A DNA stretch of 44,695 bases from a virus (taxonomy: Duplodnaviria > Caudoviricetes), in the IMG/VR virus record IMGVR_UViG_3300032373_000033, positions 1 through 44,695 of that record. The stretch is one strand, 5' to 3'. A program made the position numbers and the translations under genes. Of the stretch, positions 29,301-37,657 are shown one piece after another (the stretch's first letter is position 1; the number at the start of each line of letters is the position of its first letter). Below the pieces are notes generated by a model. That model was not told the origin of the DNA. It saw nothing but the letters and a program-made list of their open reading frames with translations, and searched no databases.

Positions 29301-30130
29301 TGGCAACCTCCGTAGACGCCGCTGATTACATCAAGGCAAGCGTCGATGAGAATGGGGAAGCCACAGCTTCCGCGTTGACCCTCTCTCTAGCCGTGGGCGC
29401 TGCGAACAACTTGACCAGTAAGACGTACGCACAGGGCTTGAGCAACCTGCTGAACCTTGTTACAGATCCTGAGGAATCGGGAGAACGCGTTCTGGGTGCT
29501 ACCCTGGGCGGCTTCATCCCGACAGCTGTTGCTGGCGTCGAAAGAACTCTAGACCCTGAGCTACAGGAGGTCCGCAGTGCTATGGACGTTCTAATGTCCA
29601 GGATGCCCGGCTTGAGCGACAAGCTCCCGACGCGTCGAAACATCATGGGTGAAGCTATGGAGATCGAGGCTGCGGAACTCTCACTGTTTAACCCTTTCCG
29701 TATCTCGACCGTAAAGGACTCTAAGGTCAATCAGGAGCTGGGGCGCTTTGCTTATGGATTCCGGATGCCTCTGACGACTAAGCAAGGCGTGGATCTGCTC
29801 GAAGATAGCTTCAGCGCGGATGGACAAACCGCCTACGACCGTTACTTGGAACTGACAGGGACGACCACGGTCCAGGGGATGAGCTTGCGACAAGCGCTCC
29901 GAAAGGAATTCGGAAGCACGTCATACAGCCGCCTCAACCCCGATGACGGTCCGAACGGTGAGAACAGCCCCCGCCTGAGCAGAATCAATTCGATCTTCCG
30001 TAAGTACCGCGACAGGGCTTGGAAGGATCTCCAAAGGGAACGCCCGAACCTTCGCTCTGAAATCCGCCGACGCTCCAAAGAGCGGGCACAATTCCGCCGA
30101 CCCGGTGTAATCCGCATTCCGGGCCAGTAA
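26336..30130 (+). CDS. Large internal virion protein (T7 gp16-like position)
   Basis: 1264 aa; NSLLSGPTTH..N, PFVRTPVNI, GWQPNS...SYSRLDPF motifs; synteny. Confidence 0.8.
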   Translation: MISRAQRYAMQTPGYTDRQDTNIAQDLIRGLGYGTTESLRSVYGLVDYIDDNTSINILPSWDKPLVSKPDSFTGNLVGGATQFLLPFGAIGKVSGAVGAALQSNRILAPAGKSLSWFSGKSFTSAADAADKAIKAGKGSQAFTRAILAGKAVSSGAARGAVTDFIAFEGASTRLSDIVQGNPTLANPLTAWLSSDETDGELEGRFKNLLEGAFLGGAFDMMFAWRRGFKASNAVKASGGDEAAQATAFADAADTGLRERADLARVERDSQMKLEEGLEVSLPQRDGEDVILTGKQQEKAARETAQELVEAAAEDVELQIKGLPAGLAKRVKAATKRAKDELDDATRIQTAFDGLEGATNIKRKPVGKLADNLSMLQDEQGLSRLMRAIEEADVDSFVKDKTTNDSITADALSELQDLVGLSSSEKREGAMLFSRADAAEVRKFTVRARAARVVSIAVFDDLAPLFKELTGREALNVDHARLISSRMRGVKRLIEYPREIYSEFGRGLQSASASIDPKAVKGQIENSFTFGPLEILDDLTREFDEGSFRGILDDLHKLTQSPDAIENIRAIKKWTEASATRKFQDGAVEYYINSLLSGPTTHAVNTMSGIAMSFFRPLENMIAGAVSSLSRDDALKQAGRSLWRTEAGTVMNLLSDMTEARSMFKMNGADAFVKTTKFDGGSFSPLKQAAQGKNKLFSHAADVVSLPSRLLGAEDKFIKSLNGRSQFRAVAKEKLAQSGVDVRELDGIVNDMLDSAMDSRGRIREHTEIARAIRKAADEGGSDLTPLLEGRARELLKFDDEQLEILLEANDAAITRGAEATFTTELSDSIFGTTGKAIQTVAEKHPAIKFFLPFVRTPVNIAEFGWDRSIGAVLGSSMELIRQSSKLIPGVNWKLTERSITKLQRELASPDNAVRAHARLRMTYGLVTVGTIMHSVMNTDETDRPRITGSGPSNPAVRKSLELTGWQPNSILIRGKYVSYSRLDPFASILATSVDAADYIKASVDENGEATASALTLSLAVGAANNLTSKTYAQGLSNLLNLVTDPEESGERVLGATLGGFIPTAVAGVERTLDPELQEVRSAMDVLMSRMPGLSDKLPTRRNIMGEAMEIEAAELSLFNPFRISTVKDSKVNQELGRFAYGFRMPLTTKQGVDLLEDSFSADGQTAYDRYLELTGTTTVQGMSLRQALRKEFGSTSYSRLNPDDGPNGENSPRLSRINSIFRKYRDRAWKDLQRERPNLRSEIRRRSKERAQFRRPGVIRIPGQ

Positions 30131-30131
30131 T

Positions 30132-31196
30132 ATGCCGACTGTTAGCTATACCGCAACCGCGGGTCAGACGAACTTTGCATTCACCTTCCCGTATATCAGC
30201 GAGGGACACCTACGTCTAACGATTGACGACATGCCCTCGACTGACTGGAGTCTTTCAGACAGCACCACTCTCGTCTACTCAGGTACAACCCTAGTAGGCG
30301 GTGAGGTAGTCACGATATTCCGAGAAACACCCGTAGACACGCTTCTAGTAAGCTTCGCGTCCCCTTCATCAATCAGGGCGCGCGAGGTTGACATCGCGTT
30401 CAAACAGGCTCTCTACGCTATTGAAGAGTACTCGCTAGAGTCCTCTTTGGGTCTGCGCAAGAACTTCTCGGAGACGGCCTGGCTCGGTGAGACACTGCCG
30501 ATCAAGAATGTTGGAGAGCCGGTGGACTCCACTGACGTTACGACGGTGTCTTGGGTACAGAACTTCTTTACCGGCTCCGGTGTGCTTCCGCCGGTAACCG
30601 CAGGAGACGCCGGTAAGGGGTTGATTGTCGTAGACGATGGAACGCCTAGCTTTGAAATCAAGAACACTCAGGGATCAGTCACGATCCTAAGGGTCCAAGA
30701 TGATGCCACAAGTTCCGCAGATGCCCGTCTGGGTAAAGAGCTTACCGGCGCGTATGTCGGCAACTCAGCCTTTGTCTGGCAGTTCCAGGAACAGATGGAT
30801 ATGCAGGTGGAGCAAGCCCTGGGAACTCCGGAAGGTGGAGCAATCTCCGTCAGTGGCGACACAGGCATAATCGTACCCGCAGGTAAGTACGAGATCGTTG
30901 TAGAGGGAACCGCACGAAGCATCGTGGTTGCCACCAACAGCAACGCCCCTAGTGCAGCTTGTGCTTTGACGAGCACTGACGGTCTAACCGTCTACGATGA
31001 ATCACCGCGTGTAGCCCTCGGCATGCCTGGTGGCGTTACGGGAGCCCACGACTCAACCGCGGCTTTGCAGTGCCACTACCTCGCCGACTTCGCGGTTAAC
31101 ACCACAATCAACCTCCGCGCAACCTGTTCACAGGCCGCAGGAGATATCGTTCTTGACAAAGCATTCCGCGTAATCATTCGCGAGTACATCCGATGA
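30132..31196 (+). CDS. Short tail fibre/adaptor with a T7 gp17-like N-terminal anchor
   Basis: T.F.F.FPYI...H...V.IFRETP...F...S.IRA...Q.LY..EE; only 354 aa. Confidence 0.85.
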   Translation: MPTVSYTATAGQTNFAFTFPYISEGHLRLTIDDMPSTDWSLSDSTTLVYSGTTLVGGEVVTIFRETPVDTLLVSFASPSSIRAREVDIAFKQALYAIEEYSLESSLGLRKNFSETAWLGETLPIKNVGEPVDSTDVTTVSWVQNFFTGSGVLPPVTAGDAGKGLIVVDDGTPSFEIKNTQGSVTILRVQDDATSSADARLGKELTGAYVGNSAFVWQFQEQMDMQVEQALGTPEGGAISVSGDTGIIVPAGKYEIVVEGTARSIVVATNSNAPSAACALTSTDGLTVYDESPRVALGMPGGVTGAHDSTAALQCHYLADFAVNTTINLRATCSQAAGDIVLDKAFRVIIREYIR

Positions 31197-31426
31197 GAGA
31201 TCAATACGACGACATCGACCAGGCAGTAGCTGATACTCTTCTACGCTGGGCGAAAGACGACTCAGTGACTGTGGATAAAATCGAGATGATCCGCAAGTAC
31301 CTGAAGGACCGGGGGCACCGACCCCTCACCCTAGAAGGAGAGAAGAAGGCGAACCCGCAGGGCCCAGTGGCTAAACTATCTGGTATCCAGTTCGACGAAG
31401 CCGCAGGGAGCGAATGGTGCTCTTAA
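31193..31426 (+). CDS. terS: Terminase small subunit (T7 gp18-like)
   Basis: IRKYLKDRG resembles the gp18 R.FLKDNG motif; position and size. Confidence 0.7.
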   Translation: MRDQYDDIDQAVADTLLRWAKDDSVTVDKIEMIRKYLKDRGHRPLTLEGEKKANPQGPVAKLSGIQFDEAAGSEWCS

Positions 31427-31842
31427 TGCGGTCCGTGAACCGAGGCGTAAGCCTTGGCGTATGCAATCCCCCAGAGCGTATCGGTAAGCTCGGTACCACC
31501 AATACACTCCGTCATTGCATGAGCGTATTCATGTATGAGGCAATCAAGCGCCTCGTTCGCCGTGAGACCTGGGTTGATCGTAATGAGCCAGTGCCGACCA
31601 AACGCCTTAGTCGTCGATACTCGGCAACACGCGAAGTCTGCGCCCGCTCGCAAGCCTTTAATCGAGAAGCATAGTCGGACTGCCATCGGGAGAGGACAGC
31701 TCTCTTGGAGTTCTTCGAGTTTTTCACGAAGCTGCTTCCGTACCCCATACTCCGCGAGCGTTGCGCTCGAACCCGGCAGAAAGAAAGAGGTTTCGGTTTG
31801 ATGCCCATACTTGGCCTTGAAGTTTTCGGGGGTCATGTCCAA
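31423..31842 (-). CDS. Hypothetical protein with HExxH motif (ImmA/IrrE/SprT-like zincin)
   Basis: ITINPGL...LDCLIHEYAHA...WG..YAK.Y. Confidence 0.6.
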   Translation of the reverse strand: MDMTPENFKAKYGHQTETSFFLPGSSATLAEYGVRKQLREKLEELQESCPLPMAVRLCFSIKGLRAGADFACCRVSTTKAFGRHWLITINPGLTANEALDCLIHEYAHAMTECIGGTELTDTLWGIAYAKAYASVHGPH

Positions 31843-32044
31843 TCTCGATGTTGTTCATTACGATTAGAAGCAGTTCTTCCAGGTGACGAGTTCGCGAATC
31901 TCCCGTCTCTTGGAGCTTGCACAGATCGAACAAATCTTCATCAATATCGTCTAGGGTGCTCGCTATCTTTTCGACATTGCTAGAAAAAGAATTAGCGATT
32001 TTAAGAAGATCTTCGAAGACAGCTTTGTTTTGCCTAAACATCAC
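31724..32044 (-). CDS. Hypothetical helical protein
   Basis: 106-aa ORF filling the gap before terL; overlaps the downstream ORF by about 120 nt. Confidence 0.45.
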   Translation of the reverse strand: MMFRQNKAVFEDLLKIANSFSSNVEKIASTLDDIDEDLFDLCKLQETGDSRTRHLEELLLIVMNNIEIGHDPRKLQGQVWASNRNLFLSAGFERNARGVWGTEAAS

Positions 32045-32052
32045 TAGGATGA

Positions 32053-33771
32053 GTGTATTTAATGAGTGAAGAACATCCTTTCAGACTGTTCCGGAATTTC
32101 GCGCAAGCGATCTGGAAGCATCTAGGACTTCCGCCTCTCACGCCGGTACAAAAAGAAATCTGTGACTGGCTACAGTTCGGTCCTAAGCGTAGCCAGACTT
32201 GGGGTTTCCGCGGCGTTGGTAAGAGTTACATCACTTCCGCCTACTGTCTCTGGCTTCTCTGGTTCAACCCGGAGGAGGTCATCCTTGTTGTTAGCGCGAG
32301 CAAGGACCGCGCAGATGCGTTCGTACAGTTCACGCGTAGGCTCATTGGGGAAGTTGATTTCCTTCAGCATCTAACACCCGACAGGAACAGAGGAGATCGC
32401 GACAGTAATGTCAGCTTCGACGTAGGAGCTTGTACCCCCAAGCATTCGCCGAGTGTAAAGGCCATTGGTATCACGGGACAGATCGCTGGTAGTCGCGCGT
32501 CCACTATTGTTATGGACGATGTCGAAGTCCCCGCAAACAGCGGTACTCCGGCGCAGCGAGAAAACCTCTCTGAAGCTGTTAAGGAGGTCGATGCCGTCCT
32601 TCTGCCTAAAGACGAACGTGTCAACGTGGATCCTAAGGTTCGTGTTCTCGGCACGCCACAGAGCATGGAGACTGTCTACCTCCAGCTGGAGGAACGTGGA
32701 TACGTGCCCCGCATCTGGCCGATCCGCGTCCCTGATGAGGAGACGCTCATAGGATACAGAGGAAATCTGGCCCCTTCCGTCCAGAAAATGATTGCTGACG
32801 GGGAGGCTCCCGGCGCTCCCGTCGAGCCCAGTCGATTTCACGTTGACGATATTGAAGAGCGGAGAATCAGTTACGGCGCACTTGGATTTGCTTTGCAGTT
32901 TATGCTCAGTACCGCATTGGCCGATGCTGAGAAGTACCCTTTGAAAACAAAGGACATTATCTTCGCCCCCTTTGAGGTCAAGCGTGCTCGTGAGGTCTAC
33001 GTACATAGCTGTCAACGTAAGTACAAGATGGTCGATGCGGATAACGTGGGCATGCAGGGTGATGGGTTCTACAATGCCGCGGACACCATAGGCGATTGGG
33101 TGCCTTTCCAGAAGACTATTCTCAGTGTAGATCCGTCAGGTCGTGGTAAAGACGAGACAGCCGTGATCTCAGGCTCGATCTACTCGGGTCAAATCTTCGT
33201 ACACAGGTGCCTTGGGATGCTCTCCGGATACGCAGAAAGCACCTTGGAGGCCATCGCCCTCGAAGCCAAGAGAGTCAGCGCCCAACGAATAGTAGTCGAG
33301 GCGAACTTCGGGGACGGCATGTTTCTCCAGTTGCTCCGTCCGGCACTGAACCGAATATACCCGTGTACTGTCGAGGAAGTTAAGCACAGCACAGTCAAAG
33401 AGCGACGAATCATCGACACTTTGTCGCCGATCTTGGAAGCACACAAGCTCGTCATGCACGAGAGTCTTCCAAAGTCCGACAGAGTGGCGCATGACGCGGA
33501 CAGTGAGACTAGAGCCAGGGACCGTCAGCTCTTCTATCAACTTACGCACCTTACCGATGAAAGAGGCTGTCTGGCGCATGATGACCGCCTGGACTGCTTG
33601 GCTATGCTTGTCGCGCATTTCTCGGATAGCATCGCTCTCGATGCCCGCTCCGAAGAACGGGCGCGTAACGAAAACCTCTGGGACTCGATGATCGAAAACA
33701 TGGACCGTCCCACCAACCTTAACTGGGCCGACTCGATGGAGATCGGCTGCCCCGGAACCTTTACTCTCTAA
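32053..33771 (+). CDS. terL: Terminase large subunit (T7 gp19-like)
   Basis: FRGVGKSYIT, GITGQIAGSRA, DDVEVP.NS, LGTPQ, VDPSGRGKDET, EANFGDGMF, HDDRLD. Confidence 0.98.
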   Translation: MYLMSEEHPFRLFRNFAQAIWKHLGLPPLTPVQKEICDWLQFGPKRSQTWGFRGVGKSYITSAYCLWLLWFNPEEVILVVSASKDRADAFVQFTRRLIGEVDFLQHLTPDRNRGDRDSNVSFDVGACTPKHSPSVKAIGITGQIAGSRASTIVMDDVEVPANSGTPAQRENLSEAVKEVDAVLLPKDERVNVDPKVRVLGTPQSMETVYLQLEERGYVPRIWPIRVPDEETLIGYRGNLAPSVQKMIADGEAPGAPVEPSRFHVDDIEERRISYGALGFALQFMLSTALADAEKYPLKTKDIIFAPFEVKRAREVYVHSCQRKYKMVDADNVGMQGDGFYNAADTIGDWVPFQKTILSVDPSGRGKDETAVISGSIYSGQIFVHRCLGMLSGYAESTLEAIALEAKRVSAQRIVVEANFGDGMFLQLLRPALNRIYPCTVEEVKHSTVKERRIIDTLSPILEAHKLVMHESLPKSDRVAHDADSETRARDRQLFYQLTHLTDERGCLAHDDRLDCLAMLVAHFSDSIALDARSEERARNENLWDSMIENMDRPTNLNWADSMEIGCPGTFTL

Positions 33772-33778
33772 TTTAGAC

Positions 33779-34108
33779 ATGCCGCAAGAACTCTTCGAAC
33801 CGATTGATACGCAAGGCGTTCGTCTCCGTTTTGATACTGACAGTGCAAGGTGGGTGGTCGAGCAAGAGCGAACTCGCCGAGCTAACGGCGTAACAGACCC
33901 TAATACGCTCGGGTCTATTCTAGACCTAGACGAGATTGGCTGGGAAACCCGTTGTGAGTACGGCGATATCCGACAAGCTGTGGTTGAGTGCGCAGCCCTG
34001 GCCTTTGAAGAGAACGTCCCACTACGCGAGTTTGACCTAGGCCCGTTCCTCCCAAACAGTCCTACTGTCGTCGCCGGTATCGTGCTGCTCCAGCAAATCC
34101 GGCTGTAG
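33779..34108 (+). CDS. Hypothetical protein
   Basis: 109-aa ORF directly after terL and before the terminator. Confidence 0.65.
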   Translation: MPQELFEPIDTQGVRLRFDTDSARWVVEQERTRRANGVTDPNTLGSILDLDEIGWETRCEYGDIRQAVVECAALAFEENVPLREFDLGPFLPNSPTVVAGIVLLQQIRL

Positions 34109-34125
34109 AGGGGGTGATCTATCTG

Positions 34126-34170
34126 AACTGAGCGGAGGTCCAAGGTTAGTCCGTACCTCCGCTCAGTTTT
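34126..34170. terminator. Hairpin between convergent operons (probably bidirectional terminator)
   Basis: Perfect 14-bp inverted repeat AACTGAGCGGAGGT/ACCTCCGCTCAGTT. Confidence 0.75.
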
Positions 34171-34384
34171 AGAATGCGTCTAAACCTTCACCGAAGTCTA
34201 CGCCGATATCTTCGCACCTCTCTACCCAATCGAAGTTATCGAAGTAGAACCGGCGCCAGCGGTCCCCGTCGAACAAGAGGGGCACCTCAGATAGAAGCAA
34301 GTAGGCTGTTTCTAGATCCTTTTTAAGACAGGCGATCTCATACTGATAGCCTTTGATCAAGTCGTCTTCGCGCGATCCACTCAT
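34169..34384 (-). CDS. Hypothetical protein
   Basis: ATG at 34384 in ATGA overlap with the upstream gene. Confidence 0.6.
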   Translation of the reverse strand: MSGSREDDLIKGYQYEIACLKKDLETAYLLLSEVPLLFDGDRWRRFYFDNFDWVERCEDIGVDFGEGLDAF

Positions 34385-35694
34385 CGTGTCACCACAGTAA
34401 TACCCCACCAGCACCGCTCGGGCACGTAAGTAGCTCCGGTTCCACCGTCATCTCGACAGGCTTCTCGGACTCTGAATCGATCACCTTCTGATACCGCAAA
34501 GACTTTGAAGCCCGGAATAGACGCTGAAGCGTTAGGGTGCCCCGTAGAGCGACCCGAGTAGCTGGCGTCCGTGGCGATCTCATCCCACACCAGAGTAGAC
34601 GTGTTATACATCTCCAGCGAGAGGAACGGCGTGTAGCGGTTGGTCGTGCCATCAAGCCCAGAATGGACGGAGTGACAAAGATCCGCGCCTTCTCCAACAG
34701 CAGTCACAGTGAACTCGTGCGTACCTGTGTCAAAGCTAATGGCTGGGCAGGGCCCATCTTCAGTGTCAAACTCGAATACGGCCTGAGCAGTGACGGGGTT
34801 AGACGCATCCTCTGTGGACGTGAAGGTCGTAGAGACGAGTCGCGCCTGTGCAAACATAACGGGGGGCTGCCATACCGGAGCCTCACCGCTGCCCTTAGAC
34901 ATGTAGCAGTCGCCCGCATCACCCGCATCGCCGTTAACGGTATGGTGCGCTCCCAGCGTAAACGTGTACTGCAAGTCGTCGCTGACGACCGCAAGTGACA
35001 TAGACGGGTTACCCCCAGTCTCCGAAGCGCTCATAAGAAAGCGCGGAGTCGTGGGTTGACACAAGAGAGAAGCAGTCTTAGTGGTGCCGCCGACATCGGT
35101 CAGACTAAACAGCGTGTAATAACCATCTCCGTCATTGTCGATGATGCGGTTACCAGTCAGGGTCTGATCAGCAGCCTGGAATATCTCAGTCCTATCCGCC
35201 TTATCGCTGTCAAGCGTCAGAATATCTGCCGCGTTGTCGGTGATATCAGAAATGTTAGTCGCGATATCTGCCGCGTTGTCGGCGATATCAGAGATGTTAG
35301 TAGCGATATCGTCTGAGTTGTCCGAGATGTCCGCGACATTCGTAGCGATATTACCCGTGTTGGTCCCGATAGCAATCAGGTTCGCCGCGATATTGACAAC
35401 GTTCGTAGCGATATCAGCTGTGTTCGTAGCGATATCAGCTGTGTTCGTAGCGATATCAGCTGTGTTACTGCTGATATTGCCCGAGTTCGTGGATACCGCT
35501 ACTGACGTAGCCGCCGCGTCAGTCGCCAGTGTACTTACGGTTGTATCAAGAGTCGCCAGGTCCGACTCTAATTCGGTCTGACCGTCTCGGAGCTCTTCTA
35601 CGTCCCGACGCAGCGACCCCGCTTGCTGTACCAGGTTCATATTCTCTACTCGGAGACGGTCAAACTCCTGTCTACGGCGGGCGTCAAGCGTCAT
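34381..35694 (-). CDS. Fibre-like protein: heptad coiled-coil stalk plus beta-rich C-terminal head
   Basis: (N-T/A-A-D-I-A-T)n heptads typical of trimeric coiled coils, then a beta-rich domain. Confidence 0.75.
   Translation of the reverse strand: MTLDARRRQEFDRLRVENMNLVQQAGSLRRDVEELRDGQTELESDLATLDTTVSTLATDAAATSVAVSTNSGNISSNTADIATNTADIATNTADIATNVVNIAANLIAIGTNTGNIATNVADISDNSDDIATNISDIADNAADIATNISDITDNAADILTLDSDKADRTEIFQAADQTLTGNRIIDNDGDGYYTLFSLTDVGGTTKTASLLCQPTTPRFLMSASETGGNPSMSLAVVSDDLQYTFTLGAHHTVNGDAGDAGDCYMSKGSGEAPVWQPPVMFAQARLVSTTFTSTEDASNPVTAQAVFEFDTEDGPCPAISFDTGTHEFTVTAVGEGADLCHSVHSGLDGTTNRYTPFLSLEMYNTSTLVWDEIATDASYSGRSTGHPNASASIPGFKVFAVSEGDRFRVREACRDDGGTGATYVPERCWWGITVVTR
35222..35480. 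repeat. 21-bp (heptad) tandem repeat region
   Basis: GTTCGTAGCGATATCAGCTGT three times exactly at 35401-35463, with degenerate copies around it. Confidence 0.85.
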
Positions 35695-35899
35695 CTTGTG
35701 CTCCCAGCAGTTCGCGCATAAGCTTCAGATCTCGTTCTGAAAACAAAGTATCGAGCTTTTCGCTCGCGCCTACTTTGCTCACACCATTCATAACGCCGCC
35801 CACACCAGACTGCCTGTAACGCCAGTGCACACTGTAACTCTCAGGCGTAGTGTGCTGGAAGACAGAAGCGCTAGCCGTCTCAGTTTCAATCTTCAGCAT
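35684..35899 (-). CDS. Hypothetical protein
   Basis: 71-aa ORF overlapping both neighbours by a few codons. Confidence 0.55.
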   Translation of the reverse strand: MLKIETETASASVFQHTTPESYSVHWRYRQSGVGGVMNGVSKVGASEKLDTLFSERDLKLMRELLGAQDDA

Positions 35900-36215
35900 T
35901 GAGGCGCTCCCTGAGCTTCTGCATCACAGATTCCTTGATGTGCTCTTCGCTGAACTCGAAATGATTGCAAAGAGCCTGAACGGCCCATAGAACATCTCCG
36001 ACTTCTTCGAAGATCTGATCAATATCCTCCGCCGTCAATCGACCTTTGCGACGACGGGAAGCCTTTTGGAAAACCTCGACAACTTCGCCGGTCTCCGCGG
36101 CAAGCTCTAGAACCAAACCAAATGCTTTCAGATCGCCCCCTGCTAGCTGCGGGCCTTCATTGGTTGCTGTGGCTTCCACGAAAGTAGGGAAGTCCGTTGA
36201 GTAAAGATTCGCCAT
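35886..36215 (-). CDS. MazG-like nucleotide pyrophosphohydrolase
   Basis: LAAETGEVVEVFQK...EEVGDVLW (ExxE...ExxD); start at MANLY with TGATG coupling. Confidence 0.85.
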   Translation of the reverse strand: MANLYSTDFPTFVEATATNEGPQLAGGDLKAFGLVLELAAETGEVVEVFQKASRRRKGRLTAEDIDQIFEEVGDVLWAVQALCNHFEFSEEHIKESVMQKLRERLNAED

Positions 36216-36310
36216 CAGGTCAGTGCGTGGTAGAGGAGATAGATGAGGCACACAGCGATAATCGCCGCCTCGAACCAATCGGTAGGTTGTTTGTATCTTG
36301 TGTAGTTCAT
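36215..36310 (-). CDS. 31-aa membrane micro-protein MNYTRYKQPTDWFEAAIIAVCLIYLLYHALT
   Basis: Read manually; TGATG coupling to the MazG-like gene; hydrophobic C-terminal half. Confidence 0.55.
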   Translation of the reverse strand: MNYTRYKQPTDWFEAAIIAVCLIYLLYHALT

Positions 36311-36314
36311 TCGA

Positions 36315-36419
36315 TCACAGTACGTTCAGCACCAGAATCCACCACAGACCAAGGCAAACCCAAAAGACCGTCCAGTCTGGTTCAGGACCCCGGTAGGTAT
36401 AAACGCCTTTGTAGTTCAT
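36315..36419 (-). CDS. 34-aa membrane micro-protein MNYKGVYTYRGPEPDWTVFWVCLGLWWILVLNVL
   Basis: Read manually; ATGA overlap with the upstream ORF; hydrophobic C-terminal half. Confidence 0.55.
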   Translation of the reverse strand: MNYKGVYTYRGPEPDWTVFWVCLGLWWILVLNVL

Positions 36420-36544
36420 CCGCCCGTCCACCAGTCAGACACGCGTTTACGCGCCCGTTCGAAACACTCAACCGCGAAGTACTTGAGTTCAAAGTAGTAG
36501 ACTCCGACAGTCCAGGAGATTTCTCGGCAAATCTTTTTGATCAT
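36416..36544 (-). CDS. 42-aa hypothetical protein
   Basis: ATGA overlaps at both ends. Confidence 0.5.
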   Translation of the reverse strand: MIKKICREISWTVGVYYFELKYFAVECFERARKRVSDWWTGG

Positions 36545-36810
36545 CGGTCTAGTTCGTACCTTTGGAGATACACGTAGTTTCGGAACGGATATGTACCTTC
36601 CAGGTACTCCCTCGCATCTTCGACCGCTTCCTCCCAAGGCATCCCCCGCGGGACCCGGTACTTGAACACCCTTGTTTTTGTCAGATCGCCCGCTGTGCTT
36701 TCTTCGTTCCAAGTTGCTTCGATGCAGTAGGCCCAGGTTTGCGTCCGCGTTTTGGCGGGCAGAAGGGGAGAATTGTGGGTGAACAGGTCTTTTGCTTTGA
36801 GCTTCTTCAT
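36541..36810 (-). CDS. Hypothetical protein
   Basis: Starts MKKLK one base after the upstream stop. Confidence 0.6.
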   Translation of the reverse strand: MKKLKAKDLFTHNSPLLPAKTRTQTWAYCIEATWNEESTAGDLTKTRVFKYRVPRGMPWEEAVEDAREYLEGTYPFRNYVYLQRYELDR

Positions 36811-36811
36811 T

Positions 36812-37657
36812 TCAATACAGGTACCCGTCACGAGGGTTCTTCTCTAGATCCAAGTACGATTTGTACTCATGGTTGAGGAACTGCGCATGAAGCTGCATGC
36901 CCTCTTTGTCTACGAAGTACGGGTCATGGACGAACACACCAGGCACAGGTTTATAGGCGTCAAACCCGAAAGACTGCGCTCGCGGTGGTGTACCGTCAAC
37001 CCCGATTACGCTCCTGATGAAGTCACGCTCAAGTACCTCGTAGGTGCCAAGATCTTGCACGTGGGGAATCTGGAGCGCGAGGATATCCGACTGCACCATA
37101 TCAAAGTCTACGATACGCCCAGGATGCGATAGACCTTCACTGTTGTCCCACAGGAACCCCTGTAGCCAGAACTTGCCTAGCATCTTAGCAGGGTACGGGG
37201 TATTAGCCCTCTGCGGTAAGTACACTCCACTGGCCCAGAGTCGGTCTTCGCGCGTCTGTAGATACTCCCGCAGATTGTGGGTATCCGACGAATGCCGCAT
37301 GTAGGGCTCTAGCGCTAGAACCCGATCAGAGTAGGGTACACGAGGATCGATAATGAAGTCTACTGCGCCTTTAACGGATACCTGCATCCGCACGCGCCAA
37401 CCGTCAAGAATCGGGTGCATCTTAATCTGCCCAGGATCCTCAGGTGATCCCAGGAGCGCATCGATCGTCTCGGTATCCTGGTAATGCCCTAGCCACCTAT
37501 GCGAGTTACAGGAGAACTCGGCGCCTCCGCGGATAGGTCCATCGAGCCAGTACTTGCGATCAGGGATATCCTTTGCGCAGACAGGAGTGTTAGGTGCTCC
37601 ATCTGAGATATCCTCCATGACGATAAGCTCGTTTTGTGTTTCAGCTCGTTGTTTCAT
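36812..37657 (-). CDS. Hypothetical protein, possibly a degenerate ATP-dependent ligase adenylation domain
   Basis: HPILDGWRV, LQGFLW, IVDFDMV, PGVFVHDP and HEYK occur in the order of ligase motifs I, III, IIIa, IV and V. Confidence 0.5.
   Translation of the reverse strand: MKQRAETQNELIVMEDISDGAPNTPVCAKDIPDRKYWLDGPIRGGAEFSCNSHRWLGHYQDTETIDALLGSPEDPGQIKMHPILDGWRVRMQVSVKGAVDFIIDPRVPYSDRVLALEPYMRHSSDTHNLREYLQTREDRLWASGVYLPQRANTPYPAKMLGKFWLQGFLWDNSEGLSHPGRIVDFDMVQSDILALQIPHVQDLGTYEVLERDFIRSVIGVDGTPPRAQSFGFDAYKPVPGVFVHDPYFVDKEGMQLHAQFLNHEYKSYLDLEKNPRDGYLY

Noticed and set aside
26578-34143. Long antisense ORFs 26578-27294, 28102-29067, 32371-33015 and 33169-34143
   Set aside because: They lie opposite well-supported structural or terminase genes and show no recognisable motifs.
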